A stretch of DNA of 64,000 nucleotides from Blasia pusilla (lineage: Eukaryota): positions 372,001-436,000 of the forward strand of contig CM114271.1 of NCBI GenBank assembly GCA_050084515.1. Direction: 5' to 3'. The notes under the pieces were generated by a model. The model had not been told where the DNA came from. It ran no database searches and was given only the letters and a program-made list of their open reading frames with translations. The position numbers and the translations under genes are program-made. The first letter of the stretch is position 1; each line of letters starts with the position of its first letter. This document shows, piece by piece, positions 12,398 to 25,000 of this stretch.

Positions 12398-15300
12398 TCA
12401 GGCCAGCTGCCCTGCGTTTCGAAGTAGCATGACCCGCAATTCTGTCATGTCCTCCATTGCAAAGCGCACACCCTCTCGTCCCAATCCAGAGTCCTTCACA
12501 CCGCCATATGGCTACCATGTGCCCAATAACTCATGCAGAGTGAGCGACCCTCATGATTGCAGCCGCCATGATTAAGTTCAACTTTCAATGGAGAAAAAAT
12601 GTATCTTTACTGGACCGCAACGAATTCTAGTGAATTCGTTTAGTTTCACCCTAAACGCTCCACTGAACTTGATGGATGAACTTAGGCTTGCTTGGAGTTC
12701 GACAAATTCTGGCGAAGTACTCACTTTGAACAGAATCCAACGGAATTCTAGTGGGGTACTTTCACCTTGACCAGCTGACTCTACCCTAAACAACTTTAAC
12801 CCGCAGTGGAAATTGACGCTTTTGCTTCAAATAGGAATAAGTGAGTAAGATGAGTGTGTCAAGGATTAATTACCTGTGAATCAATGCGCATGCTTGGAGC
12901 ATCATTTATGCATACACCACCAACCTCTAATTGCTCAAATGCGTAGAAGGCTTTATTCAAGTCCTTCACAAACACACCTGCCTGGAAACAATGAAGAGGA
13001 TATGTTGTTAGCCACAGCGTGTCAACCTGTTGCATGCCCCTAGGATCCAATCGAATTTCAAGACAAGCAGCACCAGAAGGCGATGAAAAATTCGGGTTTG
13101 ATCCCGAACGTAGCTTTTGATCTCCTGAGATGGCGAAGACTATCAACCCAGTGAAAGGATACGTTGCAGCATGGGTTCTAATGTTCATCAACGTAAACCA
13201 ACCTGCAAACCAAACTTCGACTGATTCACTTGGTTGATTGCTGACTTGTAGTCACTATATGATGCGAGTTCCATAACAGGACCAAAAGCTTCCTCAGCAT
13301 GAACCTGCAAGGTGATCCTCATTTAGTTCTTCGGACAAGTTTTCCTGACCCGTTTCCGCTATGCATCATCGATGGAACAAGCCATCGTTTAGGTTCACAT
13401 AGTGATTGTGAGAGCCCACAACCCATACACTAGTAGAATTTCAAGCCTAATTATGACTCGGAACACTGTTTTGAAGCAAATCTCGGACCTTCATTTCAGG
13501 GTGGACGTTCTCTAATATTGTCGCATCATAAAACACGCCCTCACGCTTTCCTCCGATCAGCACTCTGCAGACACAAACTTCCCAGGTTGAGTGGATTGTT
13601 TCATCAAGACTAAGTTCTCGAGAACTGATTAATTTATTGAACTAAAGGCTTTTTGATAAATCACCTGGCTCCACCATCAACAGCCTCATTAACCCAGCTT
13701 TCCAATCTCTTTGCCTCTGATTCCGCGATCAACGGCCCAATGAAGGTATCTTCATTGCTGGGATCACCCTGCAGGTAATTGGATGGACTCCACAGTCAAT
13801 AATTAATCATTGCCGCATAACCAGCTGTTGAAGAGGTCTGGCTACCTCCCACATAAGAAAAGTGTAGATTACAGGGAAAAGAAAGGTCCTTGGGGACCAC
13901 ATTGTTATGAGGCAAAATGCCCATTACAGCTTCACGAACACTTGAATTACCTTCAAGAGTTTAGACGTTTTTGCAACGAGTGTATCCTTTACTTGTTCGT
14001 AGATTTTCTGCAGTCACGGTGGAGAAATAAGGAGTAAGTACGGACAGCGCAAGAGAACTCATTAGGAGGACCCTTTTTCTGTACAGCTATTCCTGCCAAC
14101 CTTACAATGTTTTGGCTGTGTACCACCTAGTTCAGAAAGTCGAAGGTTCAGAACCAAAGGGGCAGAGACGAATCGAAGATCATTTTAGAATATGAGAAAA
14201 TTCAATCATACGTCAGAGACGTAGACACGCTGAATGCTGATGCATGATTGCCCACTTTGGTAAAACGCTCCGTGAATAATCCGATCCACAACTGTCTCAA
14301 GATCTGGCACGAGATCCTGTTCAAAATACCGACACCCATGGCTGTAAGAATCACGCGTTGAAAAAATTAACCCTTTTTTTAAGGTATAACTTAAATCTGT
14401 TTCCAAATTTCAGCACTCCACCAAATCAGGATCAGATTTATCAATTTGGGCAACAAGATGCAGAATTACCTCCACAACACATGCAGCATTACCCCCAAGC
14501 TCAAGGACCACTTTCGTTTTGCCACATCTGGCTTTCATGTCCCAACCAATCTGCCACAAGATAATCTTCGTGAATCAGAGCTGAAGAGATTCTACCTTCC
14601 ATATGTTAATTTTACTAGTTAGAAAAGAGCAGGACTTTAGAATCCGCAACACAAGCTGTGTGTTTCTCATGATTATCATCTCACGAGCAGCAAAGCAAGA
14701 AAAAACGTGCAGTTGCTAGCATGTAATGAAATGAGCTTATTAGGAGAATCATAATCTCAAATTAAGACACATAACAATCACTATAATTTTTAATTGCCTT
14801 CCATGTATAGGATCTCCATAAATTTTCCTCACTTCACTTCTGTGACTTCATCGCATTGCTGATGGATGGCTCCCCACCATTCTTTTCCCTCATTCTTGTT
14901 ACGTGGACATTTTCTAGCAGTCATCTGGCTATTCAACGCCAAAACTGGTTGACGATACCATATACGGAGAATGAATGAATGCAGCGATTTGTTGTCCACG
15001 GGGACCCAATAGGGCTTGGGAGAATAAATGAAAGAAATATCTCCCTCCTCTCACATATGGTACTTTCTTTGCTTCGTCCCTCTCCTCCCATCCCAGCCAG
15101 TAGCATAATCCCAAGGGCTAGAGGTCTTCGGTTTCTGGGCTACTACAGGCGCTACTTAATCAGCGCAGTAGTTTTTTGTGTGTAATCATTACTAATCGAG
15201 TGTGTCTGCTCCTCATCTTCAAAGATGTGTCAAAGATCTAGAGGCAGATCTAGAATCAGCTGGAGTAATTATTGAAGGACTAGAAAATCTATGCTGTCAT

Positions 15301-18300
15301 TGAAATTTGGATGAGTTCCACTATGGTCATCCGACTTCTGCTCCATCCAATCAAAAAAACTTACACCTACACAAAGAGGGAGCGGAAATGCACCGTTGGA
15401 GACCCCGTAAATGAAAGAAGTCTGAATCTATGATCCGTTACAAACATATCTGCAACATCTCTCGAGCATGGAAGGATGGAAAATGCTCCTTCTGGCAAGT
15501 CGCAACGAGACAGTATCTCTCCCAGAAGTAATGCTCCAAGTGGTGTGCGACTGCGAAATCCATCGTATCTCAGTCAGCTCACATCCTCCACCAAATTCAC
15601 CTCTCAGATAACTGAACGTAACTTTCAGTTCCCGCAAGATGCCTATGCCTACTGTATGAACTGAGCGTAGTCAACTCAACTCTTCAACTAAGCTCGGACA
15701 TTGCTCAAGCAGTAATAACAATGTGAACTCATGCAGGGCAGCTTCCATCTACACAAGAGATCCCAGAAGCCTAGAGTAAGTTTCCGAAGACATAGAAGTT
15801 TAAAAATTCCAGTCACGCATAGCCAGAGCCTGCTTGTTACTTGTAAAGCTGCCTATTGAGTAGAATGACTACCTTGCTGGCTTCAGAACAAATGGACAAC
15901 CAACCGCCAGAGCCGGTGCAATCTTATGAGCAGCCTATCGGGAGAAAAAATAGCACAGCACGTGTAGATCAGGAGTCTGAAATGTTAGTGCAAAACGAAG
16001 CCTGCTCCAAAGAATCCCACACTAGAGCGCTAGAAGAACAGTTGTGAACGAGACGATATCTGCTAAATGACATAAGAAGAGCACCCTTGTCTTACCAAGT
16101 TCAAAGGGAAGTTGAATGGGCTGATCATGCTAACTGGGCCAATAGGGAAACGTCGAACCTGCAGTTTCATGAACTCAGTAATTCGGACCAAAGATATTAC
16201 GCCATAGAAACCTTAACCTTAAAGACAACTTTACCCAGCAACAGAAGGTACATACCAGCGACTGGTAACCTTTACAGCGCTCTGAAATATCCAAGGGAGC
16301 ATATTCGCCATATCTATATTTACAGAAAGCTTAATCAAGAAACCCATCATGTCATCGTTTACAAGAGAATTATCTACCGTATATTCGGGCTAACTCTAAA
16401 ACCAGGAGACATTGTCAGGATTTCAAATTGTTACGTGCGCAGGAAGAAAATTCTTCACTACTGCTGTGATAACGTAAGAAGATAAACTAGAGTTTCACGT
16501 GCGATTGTCCCGACTCCTTATCAACAAAAAAAATGCGACTCAGAATTAGTTCAAACACTTCGATCTGTCCGCCGAAACGCATTTGCCACTGTCGAGCCTT
16601 TCCTAGCTGGCCGGTGAAGAACTCCCTAGTTTCCTCACAATTATTTCCAAAAGAATCGTGAATTTGGAAACAAATCAGAGATAATAACAGAGATGCAGAC
16701 AATTAATGACATCCACGTAAGCTCCTTTCCAAACGTGGACACGTATAGAGCAGCACTAAAATCATAACTCGAAACTCACATGCGAGTGCTTTCTTCTGCC
16801 GCGATGGTGAATGTGTCAATCAGCCGTTGTACCTCACCTCTCGAATCCCTGCCAAAAGATCAGGGACAATTCTCAGAACAATGAAATAAAAATATCAGAT
16901 AGGCAAAGCTTTTCTTCATAGGAGCATTCTCAATAGAATTAGAACCGAGCTCCTGGATCAGGAACTTCAAAATAAGTCAAGTCACTACTTTTCTGTCTTT
17001 GGTCTTGTTGTTATTCAATGTTGCATTATGAGCGATATGCTGAACAAACTTACTGACAAACTGTTAAATTTGGACACTTTCAGATTCATATAGTCTCACA
17101 TCCACTGGACATTCCTGACCTAACAACGCCCTCTACACCAGTGATGGACAACTTGATAAGTGAAACCAACGGACAAACACGGCCGAAACATGTCGCGGTG
17201 TTACTCTTAAGGCAGGACAACTACATAATGCGAAGATCAACCATGAAAAAATTCAGGCCATGTGAGGACAAATTGTTATCTCCAAGCTGGATAAACATCT
17301 TTGTCTTGAAAGAGACTTTAAGCTGCTGTGAAGGAGACACCTAAGCTCCACCTGGATATAGTTGATGAAGATTTATTACCACCACATGGACACGATTCCA
17401 ACAGGATTTCCAATACTCAGAAGTTCATGACATGTTTACAAACAGCAACAACAAGGGTGATGGGGGGCAAGCATGCCTGGTAGCACCCCTTGTCTCCTTG
17501 GCCACTCTTGATTAAGAGAAAGTTGTGTTCTTTATCTAGGTGGCAAAGAAGGCGGGAATACTGAAAGAGTATCAGGCCTTCCCTTACGAGGCTCCCTCAG
17601 CTTGTATTTACCGGCCGGGGGCGGGGGGGGCGCGTGGTCCCTGTGGTGGGGGATTTCAGGGGGATAACGGCCAGCAACCAAGCTCCGACACTACGGAGGA
17701 GGCGCATAACAAAGAAGAGTCCTCATCGGATTGATCCCTCAGTGAGGAATTCTACCCACACCTCACGAACAGTGCTCGATCCTTTATCTTGCGATTTACA
17801 AAGGCATTCCTCTATGGACGAATACCCACTGCACATTCTGAATTCAACAAAGGATCCTCAACTTCAGTGATGGACTACTTGATTATTGACGTCCATATCA
17901 GATCCCTGGGGTTCAAGGTCAACTTCACACCTGTCCTGAATGTGATCATCAACATAATTTGACATCTGCGTCTCCAACGCCATCCCCCCTTAGCGGAGGA
18001 GAACGAAAGAGAGAAAGAACGCGATAAAATGGCATTTCACTTTCCTATGGGAGGAAGCAAGCAAACTGAACGTAATGGTTAGTGCTGCACTCAGAAAGTG
18101 CTCATCACCCATGAAGGCCACAAAGTGGAGGAGATTCTAAATGACTGGCTGAAAAGTCTTCCCATTCCACTCATCTAGAGGCAAACATACGGTCAGGGCT
18201 TCATAACAAGTGTAAGTTGATGCCCAGGGAAATGAACAATTCCATGAGGGCAGAACCAAAATCCACACGCTCGGGAGCTGCACGTCACATATAAACAGTT

Positions 18301-21300
18301 GTTGCGTAGAAAAAAATTGGAGACAAGACCTTCGAATGTGCAGAGCAACTGAAACACCCCTCAGCAGCTTCATTTAGGGATAGGAGAGACATTCCTCTAA
18401 AGAGTCTTCAGGTATGGACCACATATGATCACCAGCTCTACAATTTTGACACTGCAATACCCACCAACCCATGGCAAGATGGGGACAGGGATCTGCCAGA
18501 CCTCTTACCATGGACGAAATCAAATCAGGCATCCCAAGTTTACACAAAACATCAGGCTCAGAGATCCAAATCAGCAAATGAGGTTGTAGTTGAAACACTT
18601 CCCGAATTGTTCTACACTGCAGTTCGACAGATGAAGACCATTGACCTACTGACCTAATGGTGGCCTCTAGATACAAAACTGTCATCGTTAGCTCGCTCGT
18701 AGCCAAACATTATGGCCTACAGCTGAAAAGAAAGATGAGTGAGCTGATAAGATGAATGCCCAAGCTAGAGGGCGAGCTGGTTTCCGAGTCACATTTTCAT
18801 ATTTCGAGTATTCATTAAAGTCTTCAAGAATTCGATTGACACGGTACTATGGGAAATCCTCTGGAAACGTCTGGAACAATCGAGGGTCGATACGCACCTG
18901 TTTCCTGTAGTCAAATATTTTTTGCCGCGGTGTTACCAAACATCACCACTCGAAAGGCCAAATCATACACATTGTCTTCAAATATTGGGGTGTAACCAGG
19001 CTGCCCACTGTTTCTACGTTGTTTGAGTTTCACACTGATCAACTGGATGCAGTGCTCTGTGACATGAAAAGGGATATCCCTGAACTCGCGCATTACCAGA
19101 TATCATTGCTGATCTATGCGGATGAATGTATTTCAATGGGCTCCGGAATTTGCAAAAGACCAGGAATGGAATCCAACCTCGAAGAAATAAAAACCTTCAC
19201 CTTCGACTCTCAAATCCCAGGAGCACGGCGACCACACACCTTCACAAATGGGCAAGGATCGAAAAGAGACGCTATAGCGATTGTGGGTGAAGACTAATCT
19301 CCTTAAGGCTACGGCTCAAACCCTATAGCCATTGGAGAACAAATGGCAATAACAGCGAAGCTGAGGCAGCTTTGAGATTCTCATCTACTGCGATTAAATT
19401 GCAGGAGACTGAATATATGAGAAACCACAGAAACACCATAGTCAATTCAGCTACGCTCCATGCTTCAGACGTCTGTGGCAGCCCGATTGGTGGGCCAAGG
19501 GATCGGATGACCACAGAACCTCGTCCTGCGACAATGCTTGGGAATCAAGAAAAAAAGACACTCCTCGTGACCTGGTGCTGGCAAAGTCCGGAGAGGTGAC
19601 AATGGAAATTAACGCTATCCAAAATTTGATCACATTCCTTCGGCACCTCCAAGTTATCAATGTCTACGACCCTCATTACATTTCTTCCAGGACAGTCCTG
19701 CTGCTGGGGAAATTGACTGATTGTTAGAGGGAGTGACCTACACTTCTGTCTTCTGGGTTAAGCGCCAGAAGGGAAGGTGCAATTCGTCTGGGAAACATGT
19801 GAGAAGGATGCGAAGTCTCCCCACTTTCATGCATAAATCTACAATGCAAGCTTCTTACGTTTCCAACCGGATGTTCATCATAAATTGGCTAGATTTAGAT
19901 GTAGATCGACTCACTGAAGTTCTAGAAAGGAAGTCATGCCGTTTAGCCATTCTAGTTCAGGGATGCTTGACGACGTACATCATTACGTTTTCAATTCCTG
20001 CTGTCATGATGACATTACACAGACGTTCACTGCTCCATTCCAGGACCCTTACCACAGTGTCTCTGATTTCATGACTAGCCAGTGCAAGGTTTCGAATCTT
20101 ACATTTCTACACGGGTGTGTGTAATTCAGCTGAGTTTTCTACACTGCCTTTAATTTTCAAGATCCTTTTACTGACTTTAGTAAAACGTTTATTTAAATTG
20201 TATCTCTCTAACAAGGCGTACTTACCTCGTGGAATGAAATAAAAAGACTTGAAAATCGTATCCCAGAACGAGCTCCAACTCTTTAGCGCTATGGTACCGC
20301 CAGCCTCACTCTTTACTTCTGAAGCTCGGAGTCCTAGCCCTCGCAGCTGCCCAAATTTCTTGGATAGGCCACAACAAACCTTACGAGGCAATGACTTGGC
20401 ACCAGGAAAGCAACATCTCGGCCAAATTTCGGGGAGGTTCTAATGAGATAAGTGCTCTCAGCACGGAAAGACATCAATGATATTGATCTTAATTGCCTGT
20501 CTCAAACACCTTTGAGAAATTCTAGGGGGGACTGCTCTCTCTAGGGCAGAACAGCTACAATAACTCTAGCTAATGGCCTCACAAACTGGGTATGTCCATT
20601 GATGAGCACTCCATCTCTCCAAGGAGCAGCACTTATCCTCTAGTTCTACTACTGTCACGCTCTTGAAGAACCATCGAACCGCACAAAGAAAAGGGAGATC
20701 TCATACCTTAGCTTAATGAACGTTGAGAGATATACTGAACACACCTCTTACCTCTAATTCGTACTTTACAGCAATTAGGGTCAAGCACTGGCCAGATTTA
20801 AATGTGGCTAATCAGGCTGAGAGTTGTAACAAGGAATCAAACTCTAAAAACCTGGACAGACTACGTAGACAATACCATTCGGGCGACATCGATGATACTG
20901 ATGCCAACCACTACCTTTGCTACTGTAGCTTCCATGAGAGAAGTAGAATAACCGTCCATAAAGTGTTCCACGGCACGCCCCTGGCTTAGGGTGCTTCACC
21001 TCTAGTCTAGATCAGCTTCACAATGTCGAGTTTTTACATCGGTGTGACGTTGCTAGATTACATTTAGCTTCTTAGTTAACCACTGGTTTCTATTCCTATC
21101 AGTTTGCTGGTCTGGCCTGATCTCGCTAACTTAGGTTAGCAGATAAGGCAATATACCGTCTTTTCAAGTCTCTGGTCTCCTTCTGTCTCGAAAGACAAGA
21201 AATTAGTTCTCTCGTTCATTCCAAAAAATCTTCTTTAAATTATCTGAGAGCATTCTGAACCATTAAGAAAGTATGAGCCTCCAATGTCACAACGTTGAAA

Positions 21301-22033
21301 AGAAATTTGACTCCTTCCCCAAGCGAGCATTATGTAACCATCAGACTAGGTATGAATAGCTTAATGCAGTTTAATTTTTGTGCTCCTATGCAGAAAAGCT
21401 CTGAGTCACTAGTCTTCATGAACCTGAAGAACCGGCTTCAATCGGTAAAAAGTTGGTATCTTTGTTGCTCGATATCTCCCAATAGCAGGGAGGCACTACT
21501 CGTTCCAAATCATCATTACTTGGAGTTACACAGCTGCACAACACATCAATACCAATTACGCGAAAACCTCTTCGCTGACTACACTCTTCATTAGGAGAAG
21601 TCTGCATTCTGCAAACTTTCCAACTTTTTTGAAACTTTTTTGTGGACTGAATTCAACCTTTAATATCCCTGTATGCCAGTTTCTTGTTAATATAGATCTT
21701 TGTATATTCATGTTAGAAGTTTGCTACAAATGTCGTAAAAGAGAATGGTGATGTATACCTGATAGGTTTACCAGCTTCTACACATAATGCGTGCGCGAAC
21801 TCTTCAAAACGTTCCTTCACCTCAAGCACCACCTTTTCAAGGACCGCCTTTCTCTCATAACTCGCCATAGCATTCATTGCAGGCATGGCCCTTTCAGCTG
21901 CAGCTATTGCAGCGTCGATATCTGCTGCACCGGCCAATGCACAACGCGCAACAACTTTGCCAGTGTACTTGTTAGTCACCTGAAGTTCCGAGTTGGGTCT
22001 CACCGCTTTGTTTGCAATGTACATGGGGTATGA
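12398..22033 (-). other. ALDH21: C-terminal aldehyde dehydrogenase moiety, ALDH21 family, exons 17-30
   Basis: [65 protein letters not shown] (catalytic Glu), [10 protein letters not shown] (catalytic Cys), [37 protein letters not shown]. Confidence 0.92.
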
Positions 22034-25000
22034 CCGTATTTCTAGCTCTTCCTGATTCACTGTAGCATCGGCTGCCAAGTCTATGCTTGTCGACTCACTG
22101 GGATCCACTGGCACAGATTCTCCTGATGATGCACTTAAATATGGGGTACCATGTGTTATCTCTGGTTCCTCTCTGACCGACACATCAACATCGTCAGGTG
22201 TAGCTTCTCCTATGACTTCATTTGACTCTGGAGCACCATCTGCTGCCTCTGGTTTCTCTTCTGGAAGAGACATTTTCTTCAGAGAGTCTTGTGAACCGGA
22301 TTGCGATCCCTCATTGAAAGTCGGTCCTTGGAATCCCCGAGGAGTGGGTGGTATTGCTGTTGCTTCTGATAGGGCAATAGAGATTCTCTGTCCAGATCAC
22401 ACCCAGAAATAAAAAATGGTTAGTCAGCCTATCTCTGGTGAAAAAATAAGTACACAATATCCCAATCATCCGTGCATTATTACATATATTATGACTTACT
22501 GGTGCCTTTGGCATCATATTCTTGATAATTCCAGGCAACTCTTTGTCGAGGATTGTGTTTGCCCATGTATAATCCACAGGAACCTGCAAAACAGAAGTAT
22601 TGGCCACCATGATTGCCATTGCAAGTGAAAAAAAATCTTAAGTCATATGAAAACGTTCACTTTGACCACCCAGAGCATCTAATTAACATGGAGATTTACA
22701 GTTCTGAAATAGGTTTGGAAAAAGGGTAACTTTGATGATCCCACGCAACTAGCACTACACTCCAAACTTTCACTCGTCCTGACTAAGCTTCTCTGTACTT
22801 TTAGTTACCTCAATAAGCTTCACTCCTGTCTTAGAAACATGAAGACATTCGTGCAGAATTTGAGAAAAGCCATCAGCTTCCGTTACACGATATCCCTTGG
22901 CCCCATAGCTGCAAAAAGATATGCAGTGCTAATCACTGGTGATAAAAGAAATTCCCAATTAAAATTCCCTGCTTTAAGATTAAAGACATGTGTGTTCGTG
23001 AGATTTGTTCAAATGCTTGAGGCTATATTCTTTTCTCAAACTCCCGAATAGTGAAATTACAACTATGAGATCAGTAAACAGAAGCTACTTCTTGATTTCA
23101 CTTTTTGTATTTTGGTCAATCTTATTTTTTGGTGTGGGGGATATTGTCTTCCAGGGTTCCTTAACAGTCTCCATGATTCCAGATAGAGTCCTCAAGGGTT
23201 ATAATAGACCAAGAATAGGAGTAACTAACCCTGAACCCCTGAGACTTCACAAAACACTCATCTGTCTCTACTCTTCAGATTTAGAGTGTAAATGGCATTT
23301 GATCACCCAAACTCAGAGCACACAAACTTTCCGAATCTGTTGATCCAAGCAACTATTTCCTATGGTTATCGGCTGAAGAAATGTAAAATGTTCATTTCAT
23401 TGACCAGTCTTATCATGTAACTTTCCCTGGGGGGAAACTTCTAGTACGCAGTAGTACCTGTTTGCGTACGCCACAAAATCAGGATTCTTAAGTTCCAATC
23501 CAAATCTGCAATTAAAAACAACTTTCGAATCAGAGTAACTCAGGACTGATTAAACAGAAATAACTTCCCTAACACAGGTCATCTGATATGTTGTGACTTG
23601 GACATGATCACGTTAATATTTACAAATGTTCCATGTACAACTAGACTGAGTTCTATGAATGTTACCAGCGAACAAAATATAGAAAACATTAGAATCCTGA
23701 GGAAAAAATGTTGACGCTGGAAAAAATAGTCCTTACCTTTCAAAATGAGCTGCATTCTGTTTCCATTTTATCATCCCGTAGGCATTGTCATTTATGACAA
23801 TAACTGTAAGATTCAGATTTAAGCGAACAGCAGTCTCCATTTCCTGGCAGTCAGCGTTAAAAGTCAGCGTTAAAAGTTGCTCGAAATCAGTCTCAAACTT
23901 CTTCACTGCTCACACATAACCACTAACTGGATCGGCATGAAGATACACTATACAGCTGCTACAGACAGACCAAAGGGAATGTCATAATGAGAACAACACC
24001 AGTTAGCATTGGGAAGCTAGAAGATGGTCCTACATATCACGCTGTGACTTTTATTTGCAAAGCCACGTTCCTTGCCTGAGAGTTCATCATGAAGCCACCA
24101 TCTCCACAAACAGCTACGACCTTTCTGTCGGGGTATAATAATGCAGCCGCCATTGCTGATGGCAGTCCGGCTCCCATTGTTGCTAATGCATTGTCCAAAA
24201 GCAAAGTGTTGGGCTCGTAAGCCTGCGCAGATCAAAGCGTCAATTTAATATTGGCAACCTACATCAACAATATCTTCTAGTGTCATTCAAGACATGACTC
24301 TTGAGACAAATCATCTCCAGGGAAACCATCAACGAGTATATCTGTATGCTATGTCGCTGGTCCTAGTGCAATATTGTTATATAAATCCAGAGGTAAAGCC
24401 CATCCTGTAAACTAGACAGAGTACTGCGCAAAATCATTCAGAGTTCAAAAAAAGACCTTGTAGCAGCGGGCAAACCAGATCTTGTACATTCCTGCCAAAA
24501 CATAAAAAAATCCAACTGTTAAGTGCGTTCAAGGCGGAAGAAGGAGCTACTCGATTCAATTATCCCCTTGGACGAAACCCAAACTCTCCAAATCTCTAGC
24601 GAAACTTATTACAGATTCATTCATGAACGATTATACTAATAAACTACGTTCTAGGATCAATTCAATTTACCTACCATTTTCAGGTGAAGGACAGGGTGCA
24701 TGGGAAGGAAAGTACGAGAACATACTCGGAGAGTCTGAGAATAAAAAACCCCAAAAGGCTGTGATGAGCCAGGAAATAAACCCTTGGATCTAAAATCTCC
24801 GAGTTCAAAACCCACAACTACTAGCAATCCAATGGCAGTGAAAGTAAATGCAGGCATGAGGTGTCTTCACCTCTTGGACTCAAATTGTGAAGAATGGAAA
24901 CATAATATACTCTACACAAGTTACCACTCTTCAATTCTTTTGCCTTTCAAAATGCTCTACGGTTCATAAGCCTCTGAGGTTATACGCGCCAACGGTAGAG

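Noticed and set aside
21667-21679. 13-nt match to the 3' part of miR160
   Set aside because: Too short, no hairpin, intronic; consistent with chance.
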